Source of the DNA: Candidatus Omnitrophota bacterium
GTDB lineage: Bacteria > Omnitrophota > Gorgyraeia > S143-82
Length of the DNA stretch: 64,000 nucleotides
Assembly: GCA_015494465.1 (NCBI GenBank)
Contig: WGBD01000001.1
Span: 180,477 to 244,476 of the forward strand
Reading direction: 5' to 3'
The number at the start of each line of letters is the position of its first letter. The stretch's first letter is position 1. A program made the translations under genes and the position numbers. Of this stretch, positions 32,201 through 38,200 are shown piece by piece. Below the pieces are notes generated by a model that saw nothing but the letters and a program-made list of their open reading frames with translations, was not told where the DNA came from and searched no databases.

Positions 32201-35200
32201 CGGTGACTGTGCGACTTTGTGTGCATAATAGTCTGAAGACACCTGAAAGAGTACAGACGGCCGGATGTATTCAGCGGTCAAACCCTGCTTTTTAAGCCCC
32301 TCAAGGGAATTAGACCAACTGTAATTTTTGAAATACTGCCTGAATGCAGTATCCTGCAAACTCCTGTTTACGAATGAAATCGTGGTCTCTTGAGGGCGCA
32401 GAGCCTTCAGAGCGACTGCACTCTTGCCCATAAAGAGGCCCTTTTCCTCATACCTGACCAGCCCTTTCTTCTCGTCAAGGTTGGGGATAAATGCACGCCA
32501 CTCTTTCCCGCTGAGGTCTTGTAAGGCCTTTACGGTGAGCATGCGATCGTCACCGGCCAGATAAACCCCGTTTTTGCCAGCACTCGTGTCGATGTGTACA
32601 CCGTAAACCATTTTTGCTATACTCACCAGCCCGCGACGATCCCTCACCTTATCGCCCCAAGTCCAACCCCGAACGATGTTCACACCTTTGATATCACCAC
32701 TTGGGCCCCGCACAATCGCCGTCGGGAATATAGGCCGGGTCTTTCCGTCGGAGAAGTAGAAGTAATCCTTGGCCATTGCCAGATTGCCTGCAAATCTCCC
32801 GGTGGCATTGGCGACCGTACCCAGTCCGGTGAGAGACCACTCGACCCCCTTTGCACGGACTATATCGCCTTCTTTGTACACCCTTGCCCCGGCCCGGGTA
32901 GCCTCAACGGGACCCTTGGGTTTGGGAGAAGAAGGAACCGCTATCACATTCACCAAGACAGGCAAGTCCCCCTTTATGTTCACGGCACCCGCATTGACCT
33001 GAACCTTTTGCGTCACCAATTCCTGCCTACCATGCGCTACCTTGATGTTCAGGTCCCCCCTTATCCCCGTCCCCCCTCCGGTCAGCGCTACGATGTCTGC
33101 CTTCTTCGAAGAAAGTGAGAGGGTACCTATCCCGATACCCAATTCATTGAGTGCCTTCATTTCCTTATCGGTTAATGTTTCCCCCTTATAGGCCTTTATG
33201 ATAGCGTCCTTCACCTCCCGGGAAATCTTTAGAGCATTCAACTTTTCAGCGAGATCTTCAACTCCCTTGGCAGTCTCAAAAATACCCTTGATCTGATTAT
33301 TTGTCACCTCCCTTGCCAGCAATACCTGCTTCTGAGAGGCGAGGTTGTACATATTGGCAACAGTGGTTCCACCCGTGAGATTTACGCCTCCAAAACCGGT
33401 TACCCTATCGTATGTAGCGCCTCTGTTGATGTTCTGCAAAACCTCAATGTTCTGCACGGGAGTCTTCGCACTTCGGCCGGTATTAAAGGTCCCCACGAGG
33501 AGGTAATTGGCGTTCTCGACATCGCCGGTAAACCTCAACTTGACCGCGTTGCTCTGGTAGGCACTGAGGGTGCCATACATGTTGGTCATAAAGATGGTAA
33601 GCCTCTGATCCGTGGCAAGAAGACCTGCTCCCTCTTTTCTAACCTTTACTTCAATTGTACTGATACCTCCGCTGGACCCCGAACCGGGGGAGGAGCCGGG
33701 TCCTGCCGACAAGAAGGGCACGAACCAGTTCTCTCCCTCTACCTTCCAGGCGTTGTGGGCTCTATCATAACTGAGATTACTCTGTCTCCAATTGCTCACC
33801 CCATCTACCTTAAAGGCTACCTTAAGACCCTTTCCACCCGCTAAAGTAAGATTTCCACCCCGTAGTTTGTACTTTGCCTCTTCAAACTTAAGTCGGCCCT
33901 CCTTAATCCGCCGGACATTGGCAGCCTCCTTTACATTCCCGACATCCGGAGTCTGGACCTTGACCCAACCGCGTTTACCCTCAAACGGGATCTGGATCCA
34001 CACCACCTGTCCCTCATTAACCCCCGAAAACTTTACTTCACCATTAGGATTAAAGGTCGCGGTCATTTTGTTAGTGAAGGCCACCTGATTTACGACATTG
34101 GGAGCGCCGTTCTTCCCGGTGCCATAGGTAATTGGCATTCGATCCGCGGTTTCTCCATGGATGGTGATATTTGTCAACACCCGACGATCAACGAAGTCGC
34201 CGGTTACCTCCGCCGATCCCTTACCGATGCGCACGGAAGAGAAGGTGTTATTTAGTAAGATCTTAGAGGGAGGTTTGAAGTTCAATTCAGCGACGAGCTC
34301 ACTAGCCCTGCCAACAAAATCTGCCTCCGTCTTTGGGATGTCTATCTTTTTCGGTCTTCCTGCATTACCAGAGTCGGGGTTTCCTCCACTAATCCGCATA
34401 GCGTGCACGGGGAGGGTGAGTCGGTTTTTGCCATTTATAAAAGCCCGTCCAGATTTATCTACAGACATCTTGGCCTGCTGGTTTTTATAATTATTGTACG
34501 AGACAGTGACATCGAGAGGTTTCGTAGCGTTTATCCTGCGATTTATTCCCTGATCAGGCGTGACATCCCAGGTAAACGAAACACCATGCCCAAAATCAAC
34601 TTTCACCTTATGGGTTTCCCCTGTTTTTTCATCTCTCAAAACCGTGTCCAAGTGAGTGACATTATTCTGCGTAATCAATGCCCCGTGCTTGAGCACGCCT
34701 TTGTAGGAGGAGATGGCACCGGCCTCGTTAAAGTAGAAGTCCCATGCCCCTCCTTGCTCAGGACGGGCATCCATATCCACCTTATCTGCCAACAAACCGC
34801 CCAAGTAGGTCTCCTTGATAGGCCCCTGCCCTCTTACGACCAGATTCCTTGGTATGATGTCGTAGGTAGAACTCTGCGGGTTGGCAAGGGCGTTCGAGAG
34901 AGAAACCAAGAGATATCTATCTTTTGCCGGTGAATCGGGGTTTGAAGATATGACTTCCTTCACCCACTTTATATCCATAAAGCCATGGCCTTCTGGAATA
35001 GGTTGATCCTGTGGTGGCTGACCCCGAGGTGGCGCCCTATCTGGCAAGAGTCTGGTTCCCCAAACCCTGGAATAAGTCGCACTTACCCTCTTTGCCCACC
35101 AAGCACCTGCGTCTATTAAGGATTGACTAGTCCTCACCACATCCAAACCGTACACTCCTGCGCGCTCGTTGCCTTTGCTATCGTAAACCGGGATCGTAGC

Positions 35201-38200
35201 GACCATTCGCTCGGAAATATTGCCCCGATCCCAAGCAAATCTTATATTCATAGGATCAACACGGCCCTGTGGCAGATTCTTATTCCCCTGCTCTGCAAAG
35301 TCCCTCCCTATGGTCTTGTTCCCAAAAGATATAGTCGAAGAAAGCACACGGGTTGGAGTAAATGTAACGTTCATCTGAGTGATAGGCCCGCCCTGCATCT
35401 CATCGGTTATGTCGGCCTGGACATTCCAACTACCGGCGCCATAGTAGTAACGCCCATCCTTTATTCGCATTACACTGGTCTTTGCTAAGTCCTCCGGGCG
35501 CACATGCTTCACGACTCGGTGAGAGACCCTGTCCTCTCTCAGGTAGTTATCCACAGCCACAAATCCCCGGGTCTCGGGATTGGTGTATTTACCAAACTTC
35601 ACTATCAGATTTTTATTCATTGAGGCATCAAAGAGATCACCGGATCCAGAAATGCTTGTAGAACCACCGAATCCCGGAAGGGATTGGGCAATACCCTCAA
35701 ACTTTACCTTTGCTTTATCCATATAACCGAGGTTATAAGGGTTCACATCATCCCCAAGAGATGTTATAAAGTCGAACTGGAAAGGAGGCATTTCGCCTTT
35801 TGTATTACTACCGGAAGTCTGTGAAGCACCCGCACCCGTCTCTGATACAGTCTGCTGAGGCGCAGCCAATGCCACAAGAAATTTATCATCTTTACTTCTA
35901 AGCACTTTATCTTCTGGACTCAAGACCATAGACCTAGTTTCGCCTGTCTGGATGGAGTAATCCCGCCATAGGAAAGCGTCTAACGGATTATCTTCTAAAG
36001 TAGAAAATGTCTTCTCTGGGCCAAACAATAGATTTAAGGTCCATTCTTCACCTGGATAGTATGCAGTTAATTCCCCTCGAACCTCTTTCGAAGATCCTTC
36101 AAGCTTATCCATATGATAACTCAGTTTGAAACCTTCACCCCTCATAACCGTATTTACATCAAATGTAGCAGATACAGGTTTTTCAAATTGCGCCTCCGCT
36201 TCGTATCCGATGCCATTTTCCACCCTGTACCTATCAAAAGCAATGTGGCTAATTCTGGCTGCCGTGCCTGGGGCGAGTTCTAACTTATTGTCCAATACTG
36301 CCGTCCAGAACTTCTGTTTGCTTATAGGCTCTACCCACCCTGTCTTCTCAGACAGAGCAAATCCCCGCCGGATGCCGTTTATCTCAATCTCACCGGCCTT
36401 TTTACCCCAAAGCATAGTATTCCGGAAGTCAAACGCCATCCCTTCCTCTGCAAAGGGATTCACCCTCATCCCCGCCCTCAATGACGCAAAGACCTCCTTC
36501 GCTCTCACTCCCTCGTCGGCCTTCAACCTCGCCTTCCCAACATTTTCGGGTAACTCCGCAGTAAGGGCGACGACATCTCTGGACAGTTGAGTCGTCCGCA
36601 CGGATGCAAGTGCCTGTGGGGTGGGTTGTCTTTGAGGTGAGGGTGTATTCGTGGATCTGACTGTTTTATCCCAAGAAAAATGAAATATGCTTCCTTCGTC
36701 CATCCAGTATTCATCCGATTCTTTCCGATGGATAACTCCGGTGGTATACACCCATTCCCTCCCTATCTGGTGAACACCCTTCGGGAGACCCGTGCCCTTT
36801 TCAATGAGATCGTTTCTACCCCAACTGAACACCGGCACTTTTCCCTCAGGGCTTAAATAGTAAAACCTCCCACCAACTATCCCGTCGCTTAATAACATAC
36901 CCATCTCACCGGGCAAATTCCCCTTAGCAAACCTCTCCTCTAATCTCCCCAAATACGCCTTACCGGTCTCCTCCTTACGCAGGATGTTATCCAGTTGTCC
37001 AAGGTCCGTCCCCCCCGCTTCCAAGCGGCGGAAGGCCCCTAAGACCCGACCTACATTGAGCTGTCCGGAAGAGGAAAGGTAGGTTGGAACTCGATAGGAA
37101 AAGAACTTCGCATGAGTGGCTATGCCAACGGTGATGTCCTCCTCCATCCGCTCATCATAGGTGTACCTATTCTCAAAAGTGCCTACGGGGGTGTAGGTGG
37201 CCAGATCGTATAATTGACTATTATTGGCATATTCACCAGCGCGATTTACATAACCCAAGAAAGTGGTGCTATTATCCATCCAGCGGGAAAACAATCCCGC
37301 AAACGGCCCCGAACCTTTTCTTATTTTCATACCCAAAACATCTCCGAACTTGATCCCTTTCCCTTCGGATCCATATACACCATTCAATCCCACGAAGACC
37401 GGTCTTTTATCACTGAGATGAAGGGCATAAAGACCGGAGGAGAGAAATATCTTATCCATTATATTCGTAGAGACCGCGTGGGCGCCCTGAGAGACCATCC
37501 TGCCCCAGACCTCACCTGGAGTAGGGAGTAGATGATAACGCCAATCGCTGACGCCGTGCTCCTTCAACTTATCCGCTATCCCGGACATCTGGACTATCCC
37601 GGCGGCATTTGCCAATCTCATTGCATATCCACTCGAGGCTGCCTGATAAGAGGAGAAATCCCCGTAATTGCCAAGCTCCGGCGGACGCCAAGTGGCCAAG
37701 ACTCCCTTCAGTTGACGCATCGAACCCGAAAAGGCCTCTTTCCAGGTTGGCCTGCGGAGGGTCATCTTTCCGTCAGGTCCAACGACCGGATGGGTGGTAG
37801 CCTTGGCCCACAAAGCGCTGGCCCCAACCAGCGCCAAGGTGGTAACCTGTGAACTGGCATAGGGGCTTAGACCTAGTTTATCCTCCGCAAGGTCCTCCAG
37901 CTTGCCAACTGCCAAGTCCGCAATTCCACCTCTGACCCCCGATATCAACACATCCTTCCAAAACTCACTCGAAGCCAAGGACGAACCTGAATAGCCTTCA
38001 CCCGTGGAGGCAATGCCTCTTCCTACCGCAGAGCTTATGGAAGTGCTGACCAATCCCCTCAGGAAGTTGTCTTTTACCCACCCCTTCTTCTCCGCGAGGC
38101 CAGTAACTGCCAATCCCACGCCCTCCGAACCCCATTGAGAGAGGTTAGTTCTAGAAAAAGCATCTTTAATCCCCCGTCCAAAGCCTCCCTTAGTCAAGGG

